Positions 22,087-35,100 of a stretch of 64,000 bases of DNA are shown piece by piece. Source of the stretch: Selaginella moellendorffii (Eukaryota > Plantae > Lycopodiophyta); assembly GCF_000143415.4 (NCBI RefSeq), contig NW_003314325.1:150567-214566 (forward strand). The letters run 5' to 3'. The first letter of the stretch is position 1. Each line of letters opens with the position of its first letter. The notes beneath the pieces are model-generated. The model did no database searches. It was not told the DNA's origin and worked only from the letters and a program-made list of their open reading frames with translations. Made by a program: the position numbers and the translations under genes.

Positions 22087-22968
22087 AAACACGTGCCACG
22101 AGGGATCCACGTCAGCATTCCTCTGCTGACTCTGCTGACTAAAGTTTTACTATAACAGTCTGTGAATTTTCATGTCGTGCTTACGTTGGCATGGAATAAA
22201 TGTTTTTTTTTATTTACTTAAGCAAACCTGTAAGGGAACTAAATGAATATATTTAAAATATATTCTAAAATTCTACCATCTAATAGTTATTATTCATTTA
22301 GATTAATTTTATATTTATAATTTATAAACTCTCTTAAACCCTTTCTAGTATATTGTTTTTTACTGTATCATCTAATGGTTGAATAAAATTAATTTTGTGT
22401 TTATAAATTACAAACATGCTTATAATTATAAATTTTATTTAATCAATTAAATTAATAAATAAGAATAACACTATTACTAAGCAAACTAAACATTACTACG
22501 TGCAATGCATAACAATTTATTGTACTAATTATTTACCTTGTGTGGATAGCTTCAAGAGATCACTGCTTTGACTAATGTGATTCCGTGCAGCTCTTTGAAC
22601 AAGACCCTGTTTATACAGGAAGGTCCACTTTTTCTTGTAATGAATGGACACCACCATAAACGAGAAAGAAAAATCTGTCATGTCAAAACACGGGTTCCAA
22701 ATCCCAAAATGTCTAGAACTCGGAAGAGAAAGCAAACAAGGCAACCAAGCCAGGAGTCACTTCCTGGAAATCCAACAGGAATAGACCTTCTGTCTATCGA
22801 AAAGGTCGGAATAAAATGAGTGTATGTAAATGCCAAGGTATGCTTTGGAAGAAATTCTATACCTTGACTTGACATTACCTCACTGTGGCCTTGAATGAAC
22901 CACAACGCGGTGACGATGAGACGATGAATCGAAGGACTGCCTGCCTTTCAAAGCATCGATCCATCTCT

Positions 22969-24619
22969 CTAGAGATTCGTGTTCACTCTTAGCAGTGCCT
23001 TTACTGGCCTGTGGTCCGAGCTCTTCAAGGAGTTGATCGAATCGTAGTCCTGGACCGCCACACTGAGCCAGCTCTTGTGCCGGACTTTGAACAAGATCCT
23101 ATCCGTCCATGAGGGCACTCTTTCCTGGATACGAAAGAAAAAATCATGAGTTCTACTGATTCAAAGTCAAGCCGAGTTTTAACAGAAGAAGCAGTCGCTT
23201 GCTTACCTTTGAGCTCGTGTCATAGTTATCGGTTCCCACGTCATACTTGTAAGTCGGTCTGAAAGTTAGCGGGCCTTCAACAAAGCCGTTGAAGATGTTG
23301 CCTCGCGCGACTTCTCTCGAGAGCTGGTCTCTCGGCCATAAGAGCTGTAAAATCAGACAAACAAACGCTGGAGTTATTTGAAAAGGAGTGAAAGAAAAAG
23401 CGAGAACCTTTTCGAGGTTGTTCTTGATCAAGATCCCTACGGAAGTTTTGTGCCCGACAACTCTGTAGTTCAAGTCCCCCATCAAGATGACGAGATCGGA
23501 GCCCTCGACAGTGTTGTTCTTGCAAGCTTGATGCTGGTTTTGCTTGTGTTGGTCCTGGGGCTGATCGAGGCCATACTCGTCCACGACCACGGCGGTGGCC
23601 GTGTGCAAGCACGAGCACCCGTTGGCAGTGTTTGGCCTTGCGAAAACGCTCTGAGTGATGCGAGCAAACTGAGCATTTCGAGCCTCTACATTGCCTTCGT
23701 GAGCTGAGCTGAAGCATTAAAGGCTAGAGTAAAAAACCTGGCATCGGTAATGGAAAGCTTGAAATGCAAAAAAAACAAAAACTTACGGGCGAGGTGGCAT
23801 GAAAGGAAGAGAAATCTGAGCTGACGGTATCGCAACGAGACAGCAACAGCCCCCTTTTGACGACCAATAACACCTCCAAATCCCCCTACGCTAACCCTGT
23901 CGCTCCTGGGATCTGGAGAAACAAACAACGAGTGTAGAATTCTCGTTTGGAGAGATTGAGATTGTACATACCAGTTAAAAATGACAGGAGCGCGGTCCTT
24001 GCGAACACGAAAAGTTGCAAAGATGACATGACCGACGATGCAACCAAGCTACATGACGAAAAAGAAGAGAGTTGAAATGAGAGAAACGTAAGAGAAAAGA
24101 TCTTCACAACCAGTAACTTTCGCCCAGAATCTCTAGAAAGAAAGACTCGACGTAGAAACTTGGAGCTTCCTGGAGACCAATCACGTACAAGTCGTGCTTC
24201 CTTCTCGCCGATTCATCGTCCACGAGATTTGCGAGATTTCGTTCAGGTATCTAAGGAAAAAAGAAAATATCAATCCTGCTGAAAAAAGAAATAGAAACTC
24301 TCACCTTTCCATTCATGTTCCAAGTAACAACGTAGATTCGCAAGCCCCCGCTGGCCTCTCCCTCTCGATTCTCCGAAACGGGCATATTTTGATGGAAGAT
24401 GTGCTCCAGCTGCGACCGGCCATCGATCTTCTCCCTGTCAGACGCGAAATCGAGCTGCTCTTGGCGCCGCGGCCGGCGGCGCTGAGAATGCCGATCCAAG
24501 AGAAGCCCCAGCACCTCGCGATCCTCCATGCGCAAGAAATCCATGAGCCTGGGCCGGACTCTCTTGGGGCAAGGGCAAAATCCGTCGCAGCTATCCGCGC
24601 ACGCACAGCAGTTTCCCAT
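22969..24619 (-). CDS. Inositol polyphosphate 5-phosphatase (small 5PTase11-like, multi-exon)
   Basis: VVTWNMNG, GLQEAP, GDLNYR, PTYKY, PSWTDRIL and SDHRPV motifs lie in successive exons. N-terminus is MGNCCAC; in-frame upstream ATGs also exist at 24646 and 24655. Confidence 0.93.
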
Positions 24620-25968
24620 GGCCACCGCGTCCGCCGCGTCGCGCATCCACACCATCTGGCAGCAGCATGGACCGATCCAAGACCTAGCCTAGCTGCTATC
24701 GATGGATAGAGCGATAGATCGACCGCCGGAGAAGTGAAGAAAAAGAACAGCAATCAAACGAAAAAACCAAAATGGCGCCCGTTGTGGTATGTTCTGTTGG
24801 AGGGCCACACATGCCCTAAAAAATGTGGAGTAAAAAACGCTACCGTTATCATTTATCATGCAAGGCAGCTACCAAGATCCGGTATCCTGCCCCAGTGTCA
24901 AATTCAATTCCATGGAAATCAAATATCTTTCTGGAAGTCGCAACGGTAAAATCAAAACAGAGCCCTAATCGCATCAAACTACCCCAAACGCATATTCGCT
25001 ATAACCCTAAACATAGTCGTTAACCTAAAAGTAGTCTTTGCAAGCCCTAAAAGAATATTCCTTAAACGTAACGCATATTCGTGCAAGCCACCTCGATGGG
25101 AAAAGGCTATGCAAAAGAGAAAAACTTTGGATCTATAGGACGGTACCATGTTTTGCGCGTGTATTTGCCAGAGACCAAGTCCTCGATAGCTCAATGACGT
25201 CGTAGCTACGATATGCTTCATCTGAAAGAACCACGAAGAACACCAGTGTGAGCAGCATATTACAGTCGGTCCAAGCAATAGAGCAAGCAAGCAATTCACC
25301 GCCAAATATAGAGTTTCGCACCGCACCTCACTCGACTTTCCCGAGAAAGATCTGCCGGCTGCCGCCCCCAAAACTGTATTTTTTAGCCTCCAGGACACTT
25401 GGGATTCCTTCGCCATCGCACCGTGCACAGGAGCTTTTACACCTGGCGATGTCTTTGTGATCCCAAGTCATGTCTGATGAGAATATAGGATACATTAGTC
25501 ATAGAAAAAAAAAAAAAAAAAGCAATACCAAAATGGTCGGTCCACACCACTCGGCCACACGAAATTTCTAGAGCTGAGAAATTCTTACAAGGTCGCAGTT
25601 GAATCCGGAAAGGAGGAATTTTTCCCCGACGTGTGTCTCCTCTCTTCCTCATGTTCCTGGATAATGATCATCTGATAGAGAGAATGGAGTCAGCTAAAGC
25701 TCTCTGGCTATGGACGACGAGTCCACTGAAAAAAAGCTCGCAAAAAAACAGTGGTGTTACCTTTCCGCGGTACATTGGCGACGATGAGTGCAATTATCCG
25801 TGACGGCGACTTGCCGGATACAAATACCCGGCCCTGCCAGCACAACACGCAAGCTCACTCCTCCTTTCTCTCTCTTTTCTCACTCTCACTCTCTCGTGAG
25901 CAAAGTTGCAAAGCTCAAAGCTTCAAGCACAAAGGGTACCTCTTGTATAGAAGTTGTAGTCGTCCAAG

Positions 25969-26901
25969 ATGGTTCTTTTCCGGCATTCCATCGTCTCGAT
26001 CTTCCGGCAGCCGCATGGAGCGGCAGCGTCGTTTGATTCTTCCCAGCAGCAAAGCGGGAACCTTACCGCCGTGCCTCACTACGGGAGTCCTGTGAGATTC
26101 AACCCGATGATAGGATTCGGACTCGCGGCTCTCTTCACGGCCTTCTTCTTCATGGGATCCCTGTGCGTCTATTTCAAGCGGAGCTGCTCCATCGCTCGCA
26201 GGCGCCGTGCTCACGCTGCGATGATCACCCTGCCACCGTTCTCGGAACTTTCAGCTTTCGCGACACCGATTCAGCCGGGACTCGATAAAGAGACGATCGA
26301 ATCGCTGCCGGTGTTTCCGTTCACGTCGGAGAAGTGCTCCAAGTATGGTAAGGTCGCCACCGAGTGCTCGGTCTGCCTCACGGATTTCCAAGAGGACGAA
26401 GTTGTCAAGATCCTCCCCGGTTGCTCGCACTTCTTCCACACCGACTGCATCGATATGTGGCTCTTTTCTCACTCCACCTGTCCGCTTTGTCGATGCATCT
26501 TAGTTCCCGTCAGGTGTTGCTCCGACCACCCCGAAAGTCCGAACTCCATCTCTCATCCCCCGGCTGAAGTCTCCATTGCCATCAACGACGAGCAAACCGC
26601 TGCTGGTCACGACCATCGATCGGAGGAACTCGAGAGCCAGTTTTTGTTGGATTCCTCGGAGCAACGAGACCAGTTTTCATTGGACTCCTCGGAGCAACGG
26701 TCCAAGACGCCAAAAGTTTCTGCAAGGGACAGGTTTCTCCAATCTTTGCATCGAAGCAACAGTAGCCCACCGATACAGTCGTTCTTTCCAGAACAAGGGC
26801 ATGGTGATAATGGCCGCCGCGAAAATGCCGTGAATGAATCTTCGAGTCGTCCTCATAGCTTGAGGAGAGCCGTTTCCAGCGATATCTATCAATCTGTGTA
26901 A
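25969..26901 (+). CDS. ATL-family RING-H2 E3 ubiquitin ligase
   Basis: Transmembrane segment, basic patch, GLD motif and C-x2-C...CxHxFHxxC...W...CPLC. Intronless. Confidence 0.95.
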   Translation: MVLFRHSIVSIFRQPHGAAASFDSSQQQSGNLTAVPHYGSPVRFNPMIGFGLAALFTAFFFMGSLCVYFKRSCSIARRRRAHAAMITLPPFSELSAFATPIQPGLDKETIESLPVFPFTSEKCSKYGKVATECSVCLTDFQEDEVVKILPGCSHFFHTDCIDMWLFSHSTCPLCRCILVPVRCCSDHPESPNSISHPPAEVSIAINDEQTAAGHDHRSEELESQFLLDSSEQRDQFSLDSSEQRSKTPKVSARDRFLQSLHRSNSSPPIQSFFPEQGHGDNGRRENAVNESSSRPHSLRRAVSSDIYQSV

Positions 26902-28218
26902 ATTTGTGTATAGAAATACGCAGCAAAGATTGTAAATTCTTGACGAGCGAGGGAGAGATACTCACAGGATTAAAAGTTTCGTCTGGATTGATCAAGGAAT
27001 CGTGTTCGTACACCATTCCTGATAATTGGATACTTGATTCATGCCCGATGAGCCTGTGCAAGACGAGCACTTTGATCGTTCTCGAAAAAGTAAAACACTC
27101 CACTTGCTTTCCTTTTGCAAGCACGTAGAAGAAATGTGCCTAGAGTAGCGAAGATAAGCCTGATCGGACAGAAAACGAATTTGTGACCCGGAAGAGAGAA
27201 AAAAACTAGATTCCCACCTTTGAATTTCATCTCCATTCGACGAAGCGAGCACAAAGAAGTCCCTGTAGAATTCAACAGTGTCAAAAGCTTTGAAAGGAAA
27301 ACAAAAAGCACCTACTTTTCTTTTTCTCTCTCTCTCTGTTTTTTTTTTTTCTTTTCTTTTCTTTTTTGTCTTTAGAAGCCCGTGTCGACGATCACTAGAG
27401 CTGATGGAGCACTAGGACAGCATTACAGAGATTAGCTTGATGATAGGAGAATCATTACCTTCTTTCCTTGATAAAAAAGCGCAACGCAGGCCACGAGTCG
27501 ATGCTAGAAAAAAAAAGGCTTTGAGAATCAATCGAGCTGACACGAACACAGATAAACTCCCGACAAAAGCTTAAAACAATAGCTAAGAACTAAAAGCTAC
27601 ATTTTGACCCCTGATAGAAAGAAAACAAGCCAGTGTTCTAAGTTATAACGGAAGACACTCTACCAAAAAAATCTCATCTCTTGTCAATCAATGCGGCATG
27701 GCCAAATCTCTGGACAATCGATCAAATGCTCAATCAGTCGGATCGCGCATACCTCGTGATCGCCGCTCCTCCCTGTTGATCGCCATCGCCATCTTAGAAC
27801 CCTAATCCCTCGCCCATCGGACGGCCAAGATTTCATCCATCCCCTGGCCGTTGGATCCTGGCGACGGTCCAGATGCGGTCCGGAGCGTTGAAAATGAGAG
27901 AGGCAGGGGGTAGACGGAGAGAAAGAAAAAGAAAACGAGCTCTCGTCTCTCCTCTCTTTAGGGCGCATAGAACACGACTGGCCCTCGCTTCGCTCCGCGA
28001 GATTCATCTGGTAAGCCGCGACGATAACTAAATCGCTCCACCGTGTCCGTGAGTAGATCGCTCATTTACTTCCACTGTTGTTTTCGCTCTGGAGCAAGAT
28101 CGGCCAGCGGTTGATCGATCCCAGTCTAGATTTCACGCAATTCTCCTCCCCCACATTCTAATTCACCGATCCATATGATCTCGCAGATGGAAGAATCGCG
28201 CAATCCAGAGCTATAGCA

Positions 28219-29643
28219 ATGACGGAGCCTCATCTCCACACCTCGCGCTCCAAGGATCTCGCAAGAACACACAGGAATTTCCAACAATCATCCAAGAACC
28301 GCGCCATGGCGCCGCAAGACTACGCAGTTCCCACTGTCGATGATCCAGGATTTCCATTCCCCTTCCCCCCTTACAGCTCCTATCCACCCTGGTACTGGCC
28401 TCCCTATCCCCCTGTCGATTTCTTCCCTCCTCCATCCCCTCGCTCCTCCTCCTCGGGCGGTGGCATCAGCAGGACGTCCATCCTCACTCCCGCGATCGTG
28501 GCCAGCGTCGCGCTCCTCGGCAGCGCGATCCTCCTCGTCAGCTACTACAAGGTCTTCGCAAAGTACTGCAGCGCGTGGCAGATCTTCTGGGGTCTCAGCG
28601 GCCGGGGCGGCGGTGGCAATCGCCGCGGTCGCGGCGAGAATCTCCATGGGGCGTCGTCGAGCGCCGGGGATGTAGAACAGGGCTGGCTGCTGGCCATGAA
28701 CACCGGCCTGGACGAATCCATCGTCAAGAAGATCCCGGTCTACGTCTATCGCGTCGGCGGCGAGGGCGTGGTGGGCAGCAGCGAGTGCGTGGTGTGCCTG
28801 GGCGAATTCGAGGAGGACGACGAGCTACGCATCCTCCCAAAGTGCTTGCACGCCTTCCATCTCTCGTGCATCGACGTCTGGCTGCGATCGCACTCCAATT
28901 GCCCGCTGTGCCGCGCGCCAGTGGTGGCACCGCCGGATCAACACCCGATCGCGCCACTGCTGCTCACTCCACCGATCCAGACGATGGGCGATCCAGAAGG
29001 AGGTGGTGATGATCAAGAGCGCCAACTTCATCCACCGGAGCTGGAGGAGCCGCATTGCGATGATCGAGGGGACGAAGAGCTCATGAGGAAGCAGCGGCTG
29101 CCGAGATCGCTGAGCTTGCAGCTGGACCACCGGCGGCGAAAGGCGGCTACCAAGAGCCGAGCCATCCCTCCGGTTCTTCGCAGGTCCCACTCCACAGGAT
29201 CCAATCCCGTCAGCTACCACGACATGATGCTCGTCCTCGCGCAGCCACCACTGTCATCGCCGCTACCGCCACCGCCGCCACCCTGCCACCGCGACTCGGG
29301 CTTCCTCCTCGCGCCCAACAATTCCGCCGAGCTCTCCACGATCCTGTGCAACCTCCGCGAGGACCAGCGCGATCACGAGTTCGTGGTGCTCGATTTTGAG
29401 GTGGTGGAGGAGCCATGCTCGTCGTCCGGGAAGATCGAAACCGGCGTCTCGAGCTACGCCGCCTCTTCTTCTTCGTCAGCTTCGTCCAGCGATCGCAGCG
29501 GCAGTAGCGTTAGCAGCAGCCGACCGCTGCTGTGGGTTCGAAAGTCTGGATCTTTCAAGGCGTCGCTCAAGAGGTCCTTGTCAGCCGGGCGGGTTTTCTC
29601 GTTTCGCAACTTTGGGAGGAGTAGATCCCAGTCCCAGCCTTGA
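28219..29643 (+). CDS. ATL-family RING-H2 E3 ubiquitin ligase
   Basis: Pro-rich N-terminus, transmembrane segment, GLDE motif and RING-H2 ([24 protein letters not shown]). Start could alternatively be ATG 28306. Confidence 0.95.
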   Translation: MTEPHLHTSRSKDLARTHRNFQQSSKNRAMAPQDYAVPTVDDPGFPFPFPPYSSYPPWYWPPYPPVDFFPPPSPRSSSSGGGISRTSILTPAIVASVALLGSAILLVSYYKVFAKYCSAWQIFWGLSGRGGGGNRRGRGENLHGASSSAGDVEQGWLLAMNTGLDESIVKKIPVYVYRVGGEGVVGSSECVVCLGEFEEDDELRILPKCLHAFHLSCIDVWLRSHSNCPLCRAPVVAPPDQHPIAPLLLTPPIQTMGDPEGGGDDQERQLHPPELEEPHCDDRGDEELMRKQRLPRSLSLQLDHRRRKAATKSRAIPPVLRRSHSTGSNPVSYHDMMLVLAQPPLSSPLPPPPPPCHRDSGFLLAPNNSAELSTILCNLREDQRDHEFVVLDFEVVEEPCSSSGKIETGVSSYAASSSSSASSSDRSGSSVSSSRPLLWVRKSGSFKASLKRSLSAGRVFSFRNFGRSRSQSQP

Positions 29644-30956
29644 AACAGAGCCTCGCTCCCCATACTTTACTCGAACACACAGTGGACGAGCGAGCGTTCT
29701 TCTCCAACCTTCGAGTCCAAGGATTAGTGAGCTTCTAAAAAAGCTGGTATTCTATACGATCGAAGTCACCTCACGGAATTTTTCCCATCTAAAGGCCCCG
29801 CCTTTGGGAAGACGCCGCCTAGCTACCAGTCTTCGAAAACTTTGACAAGGAGAGCTAGCACTAAACAAAGAGAACAAAGAAAAGAAGAGATTAGTGACAA
29901 AGATGAAGGTTCTATTGGTGAAATGTGCTTACCACCTAATCTCCAAGCGAGCGGTATCTCATCGGAACGATGCTGATATCTCCCTCGAATTTTCTATTTC
30001 GATGCGTTGAAGTTTTGGCGATCTTCCAAAAAATTGCTGGTGAACAGAACTAGAGAGAGCCCTGTCTCTGTTGTTAGTAGAAGGGACATCAAATCAAACC
30101 AGGACGAGCAGTGGTGTCATCTCTGTAGCTCTCGACAAAAAGTAGTTTTAATCGAGCAAGCAAGATATAAGAACTACAAAGGAAAGAAGGAAGCTCACGA
30201 AAGCACTTGAACCGACAATAATCATCACCAAAAGCTAGCAACACTTGTAAGGAGGACAGCCAAGACAACACTTGGCCGAGCAACGACGAGAACACGATTT
30301 AACTCCACGCTGATCCACAGTCGGATGAAGATCACGCCCTACGCCACACAACAAAGAAAATACGTACACATGCTCGCCATGCACGCCAGGAAGATCCAAG
30401 TCTTATTCGGCAAGCAGCATTGAAGAGGATAAGCCCGGGGTCGCCAATGAGTCTCCTCCACAGTAGAGCGAAGGCTTGCACTGGAATAGAAACAGCCAGT
30501 CGCAGCAGCTGAGTCATCCATTCCAAACGAAGAAACTTTTGGAGAACTTGCCTGAAACGGGAATTTTTGTAGCCTCATGAGGTTGTTCGTAGTAGAAGTA
30601 GTCGCCCTTAGCAGCAGCAGTAGCGGGGGCGGGATGGATTCTTAAGGCCTTTTAAGTCGCGACTGATCGAGGAGCAAACGGTCCAGGATCCTCGCTCGCA
30701 AGGCATTGTCGTTGTTAAATGTCTTTTATGACGCTATAGTCTGCTCTGTGCTGGGTAAAAAATGCGATTTTGATCGTTTTGCTGCGGCCCCTTGCTGCAG
30801 CACAACGGTTTGTGTTGGCCCGATTAGATCACGCCTGGAAAACAGCAGGAAAAAAAGGAATGAGGAGCTAGTAGAAAGAAGAGTAGTAGTAAGACAGGAA
30901 GTCACTTACACGAGGGAGAGGCTGCAAGGAGGAGCTCCAGGAAAGAACCAGCCAAG

Positions 30957-31883
30957 ATGGTGTTTTTGTTGCCCATCATCGCCTCATCCTCGATGCCACC
31001 TCTCCTTCCATCTGTAGATCCAAGCTCCGACGAAGACTCTGAAGTACCGTGTGGATTCGAGCCCAAAGTCGCGATTGTGGTCGGGATCCTCGCAGCTCTT
31101 CTCTGTGTGACGTTCTTCCTCGTCCTCTACGGCCGGCATTGCAAGAGGGTGCTCTCGTCGCGAGCCGCTGCCGTAGCCTCCAGCCCCGCGACTGGAAACG
31201 GGAATTTCTCCTCCACTCGCCACCACCATGTCCAAGGCGGGGCTTTGAGGCTACCACTCGACTCCCACGGCACCCTCTCCCAGTGGCTCGTCGATGCTCT
31301 CCCGAAGCTCCAGCCTTCGCTCAAGCTTCAGGGAGTCGGAGTTCTCGGCGTGGACGAGTGCCCGGTTTGCTTGTCAAAGTACGAAGGCGGTGATCTTCTC
31401 CGGCTCTTGCCGCGGTGCAAGCACGTCTTTCATGTTGTCTGCGTCGACAAGTGGTTTGCGTCTCGTGCCAGCTGCCCGGTTTGTCGGACGTTCGTCTCGT
31501 GTCAGGACATCGTCGATCTCGAAAATTACTATCTTCACCACGAGGAGCAGCCGGACTGCCACCACCAAGAACGGGCTTCTCCTCCACCGCAAGAGCTCGG
31601 CCCTCAAATCCCAAGTCCTGCTGCTCTTGTGATCGACGTGGCTTTAAAAGCTGGCAACGACGAGCTCGATGATCTCTCTTCGTCGTCCTCGTCATCTTGC
31701 TTTCGTCCGGTGAAACCTGGGTCGCAAATCTCCTCCAACTTGTCCACTGGCGGCAGTCACTCTGGCCATTCTGAATTGGCCGCGATGAGAAGAAGCGCGT
31801 CTCTGGATTCATCGTTTAGATACAGCAGCTTCTTCAGTCCGAAACTTAAGCCTTCTTCTTCCTTCGCACATAGAAGCATCTGA
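30957..31883 (+). CDS. ATL-family RING-H2 E3 ubiquitin ligase
   Basis: Transmembrane segment and RING-H2 ([23 protein letters not shown]). GLD motif is degenerate ([12 protein letters not shown]). Confidence 0.93.
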   Translation: MVFLLPIIASSSMPPLLPSVDPSSDEDSEVPCGFEPKVAIVVGILAALLCVTFFLVLYGRHCKRVLSSRAAAVASSPATGNGNFSSTRHHHVQGGALRLPLDSHGTLSQWLVDALPKLQPSLKLQGVGVLGVDECPVCLSKYEGGDLLRLLPRCKHVFHVVCVDKWFASRASCPVCRTFVSCQDIVDLENYYLHHEEQPDCHHQERASPPPQELGPQIPSPAALVIDVALKAGNDELDDLSSSSSSSCFRPVKPGSQISSNLSTGGSHSGHSELAAMRRSASLDSSFRYSSFFSPKLKPSSSFAHRSI

Positions 31884-32190
31884 TTCTGGAAATAAAAGAG
31901 AATTTATAGATTACCAACGCAGTAACAAACAGTAAAATGATCCTGTTTGCTGTCTTATCTCTTGCCTGGAGTATGGAACAGAGCTCGTAAGAAACCAGCA
32001 TGGAATCGCTGCTCTCCTGAAGAAGGTTGAATTAAAAAGGTGTGTGAAATTGTACAACAAATCTGGCTAAAACCTTGCCTGAGACGCACTCTCCTAGTGT
32101 ACAAAATGCTCCTCCTTGCTCGGCCAGCCGGATTGCTCCTAGTAATGAATTGTTGTAGCTAGCTCGTTAAAGTCCAAGACAATATGTTAC

Positions 32191-35100
32191 CTAGAGCCTC
32201 AGCCGGACGTTATTTGATGGCCAAGCTACTATCAACTTTCCAAGCTTCTTCTCTGCTTCGTCAAACGTTGTTCCCATGAAGTCCGATCCGATTGGAAGCT
32301 TTGTCCCTCGATCAACCTTGAGATCGACGATCTCCACCAGACACATTGCTACAGCTCCTTCTTCGCCTGGCGTGACTGCCTTTGTGATGCCGTAGGCAAT
32401 CTCTCTTCCCAGCTCATCCTTGAGTACGACGTTCTGGCCTATCTGCGTGACACTTGGTTCCATTTCGATCACCGGGGGCTCCGGACGGTGGCTGACATTG
32501 TTGTTATATGCTGTTCTGTGATGTAAGTCTTCCTCAATAACCGGTGGTTCTTCGAAATTGCTGCTACTAACGTAGCATGGTTTTGGTCTGTTGACAACGG
32601 CGGGATCCAAACGGCCCTCTTTAGCCAGCTTGGCGAGTTTCGCCTTCCGGTTGTTTATCCTGAAATTGCGAATTGAGTAGAGGATAAATGACGAGTGCTA
32701 AAGCTTACCAGTTCTTTAGCTGACCAGTAGTGATCTCGGGACCCTGAAACAGCAGAAACTGAGAACACGAATTTTCAAGCAGAGAACTTACCATCTTGTT
32801 GAGAATAATGCTCCAATGTCGTACTCTCTCGGCGTATCTTTGCATTTCAGGCTCCTCCTTCAGAGCAGCCTCCATCACAGCAATTTGCTGCTCGCTCATG
32901 ATACGTCGTTGCCTCTTTCGAGGTTGTTCCATATGATGATGGTCAGCTCTGGCCTCATCTTCATGCTTCCGTATTAAACTTATTCTCTCCCTCTCCTCAA
33001 CTGCCGCAGGATGGTTTTGTTGTGGCTCTACTTGAACTTGCGGAGGCCGAGGTGGCAGTAATCTTTCTGGTGGTCTTTCTATAACTGGTGTAGCAGCCTG
33101 CAAACCGCTAGGATGTACCAGCACTGTTGGTTCCGGCAGCGGTTCAATCACGGGCAGCGGATCAATTATGGGTACGTTTGTTACGCTCGTTTTGATATCT
33201 TCTTTTGGTTCTTCCTCCACCTTTGGAGCCACTTCATCTGGCTCCTTCACTTCAGTGTCCGTCTTCATGACCACCTCATCAAGTTCTGTCTTTACAGGCA
33301 AGTCCTTCGCATCAGATTCCCTGGCAGAAACACACTCCTCTTCTACTTTTACACCGGACTGTACACCGGACTGTGGCCCTTCGTCTTCTTGCAGCTTAAC
33401 GTCTACGTTGACATCTGCCTTGCTATCAACAGCAGATGAAGCTTCCTGATCAAACAAAAAATAATAAACAATAAGCTCTACAACCGCACAATTTACCTCA
33501 GGGACGTGTAATGGAGTGGTCTCCTCATGAGCGGGTAAGATATGGGGATCGCATTCGGGAATATTTTGCTCCATCTCGCGTTGTAATCTTTGCCAGCGTT
33601 CTGAAGGAACCCGGCGAGCTACTATAGCTCCAAGCCGTTGTTCATGAGCATCTCGTACGTATGTAACCACGGGAGCGTCCTGCATTCTCAAAGTTATAAA
33701 CACATTATTTATATAAAGCATGCAGAAAAATCTCACCGCATGCACGTCGGGAGATAAGCAAAATGCTTCATGTAACTCTGCAGCAAAAACACTAGCACCA
33801 CAAAACCACATTAGTAATCACAGAAGAGAAAATGCATAATGATACCTAGCAAGCTGGACATCCTCGTCGTTTGCCAAATCAGAAGGAAGCGAAGCCACGT
33901 GATCGACAAGTATATCTATAAAGCATATGCACTTGTGATGGAAATGCTGTGATTGATAAAACTTACGAAGATTCTCGCAAACTCTGACAGCAGTTTGATC
34001 CGAAGTCATAAAAAAAGAGCTGCTTAAGGGGCTCAGTGGACCGGCGGAGAGACAGCGCATAAACAAACACAAAAATCGATCCTTTTCGTCGGCTGTAGAA
34101 ATGATGTCATGTCAGGATAAAATGACAAAACAATAATACCTGGACAAACTTCGGGATTGAAACAATGGAGATTTGCGAATAGCTTTACTAGCAAAGCTGA
34201 GAGTTCTTGGGCATAGAACGTCGGCTCCACCGGCTTAATAGACAAGCTACAGCCACTGTTACCTTCTTCAGAAGTTCCTGGCGATGGCTTGAAGGACAAC
34301 ATTGCTGCTCCTGAACCATGAAACGGATCATAGACGAGGGTAGCGTCAATTTCACAGTCAGCCATATCTTGAGCTGAGCAACCCCCACACCACTTGGAAC
34401 AAAATTCTGAGGGATCCATAGCCAAAATCGTAGCTAAATCCGGAGCCTGTAATATAAATCATAAGGTAATGAGTGAAGAAGTCCAACAAGCACTTACTAT
34501 ACGGTCCATAAAGAAGTTGCGAAAGTTCGAGTCATCCGACAAAACATCCGCAAGCCGCATAGCATTTAAATAAAGCATTCCGGCTGGGCACTTTTCAATA
34601 TCTTCCTGAACCATTTGCACTGTAAACGTTTCAAAGAATGCATTTTTGACGAGCAAAACAATCTGCAAGGCGGAGTCAGTCATACGGAGACAAATAAGAG
34701 GTTTTACCTCTGCTGCAACCATCTTCGCCAACTGCATGCTTTTCGGATCAGTTGCCACTTCGTCCAGAAACGAGACTGTTTCCGTCTCACAAAACTTCAA
34801 AAGCTGCAATCCTCCCGAATCAAAATCCGAACAAAATTGAATCAAATCTCACCATTGCAAGAACTTTAGATTTCACGCGAGAGATTGATGCTGATAAAGC
34901 TTGTATGTGTTGCAAATGTGATGGCAGTTGTAGCTGCAGCACTACCAAAACTAGTGATAGAATACCACCATTTTTACAGAGTTCCTGCAACCAAGTAACC
35001 AAGGTAAATAAAAACAGAAAACCACAAGGAGACAACAAACCTTATGATTAAGCAAACGATCCCTGAAAGCTTGGGGTTCAGACAGAGCTTGTAGAACCTG

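Noticed and set aside
24979-25460. 149-aa and shorter ORFs between the 5-phosphatase and the first ATL gene
   Set aside because: Non-ATG or weak starts and no motifs. The region has telo-box-like promoter character.
30332-30578. Small minus-strand ORFs between ATL genes (possible DVL or signalling peptide)
   Set aside because: No DVL/RTFL, CLE or signal-peptide pattern found. Cannot be supported without expression data.
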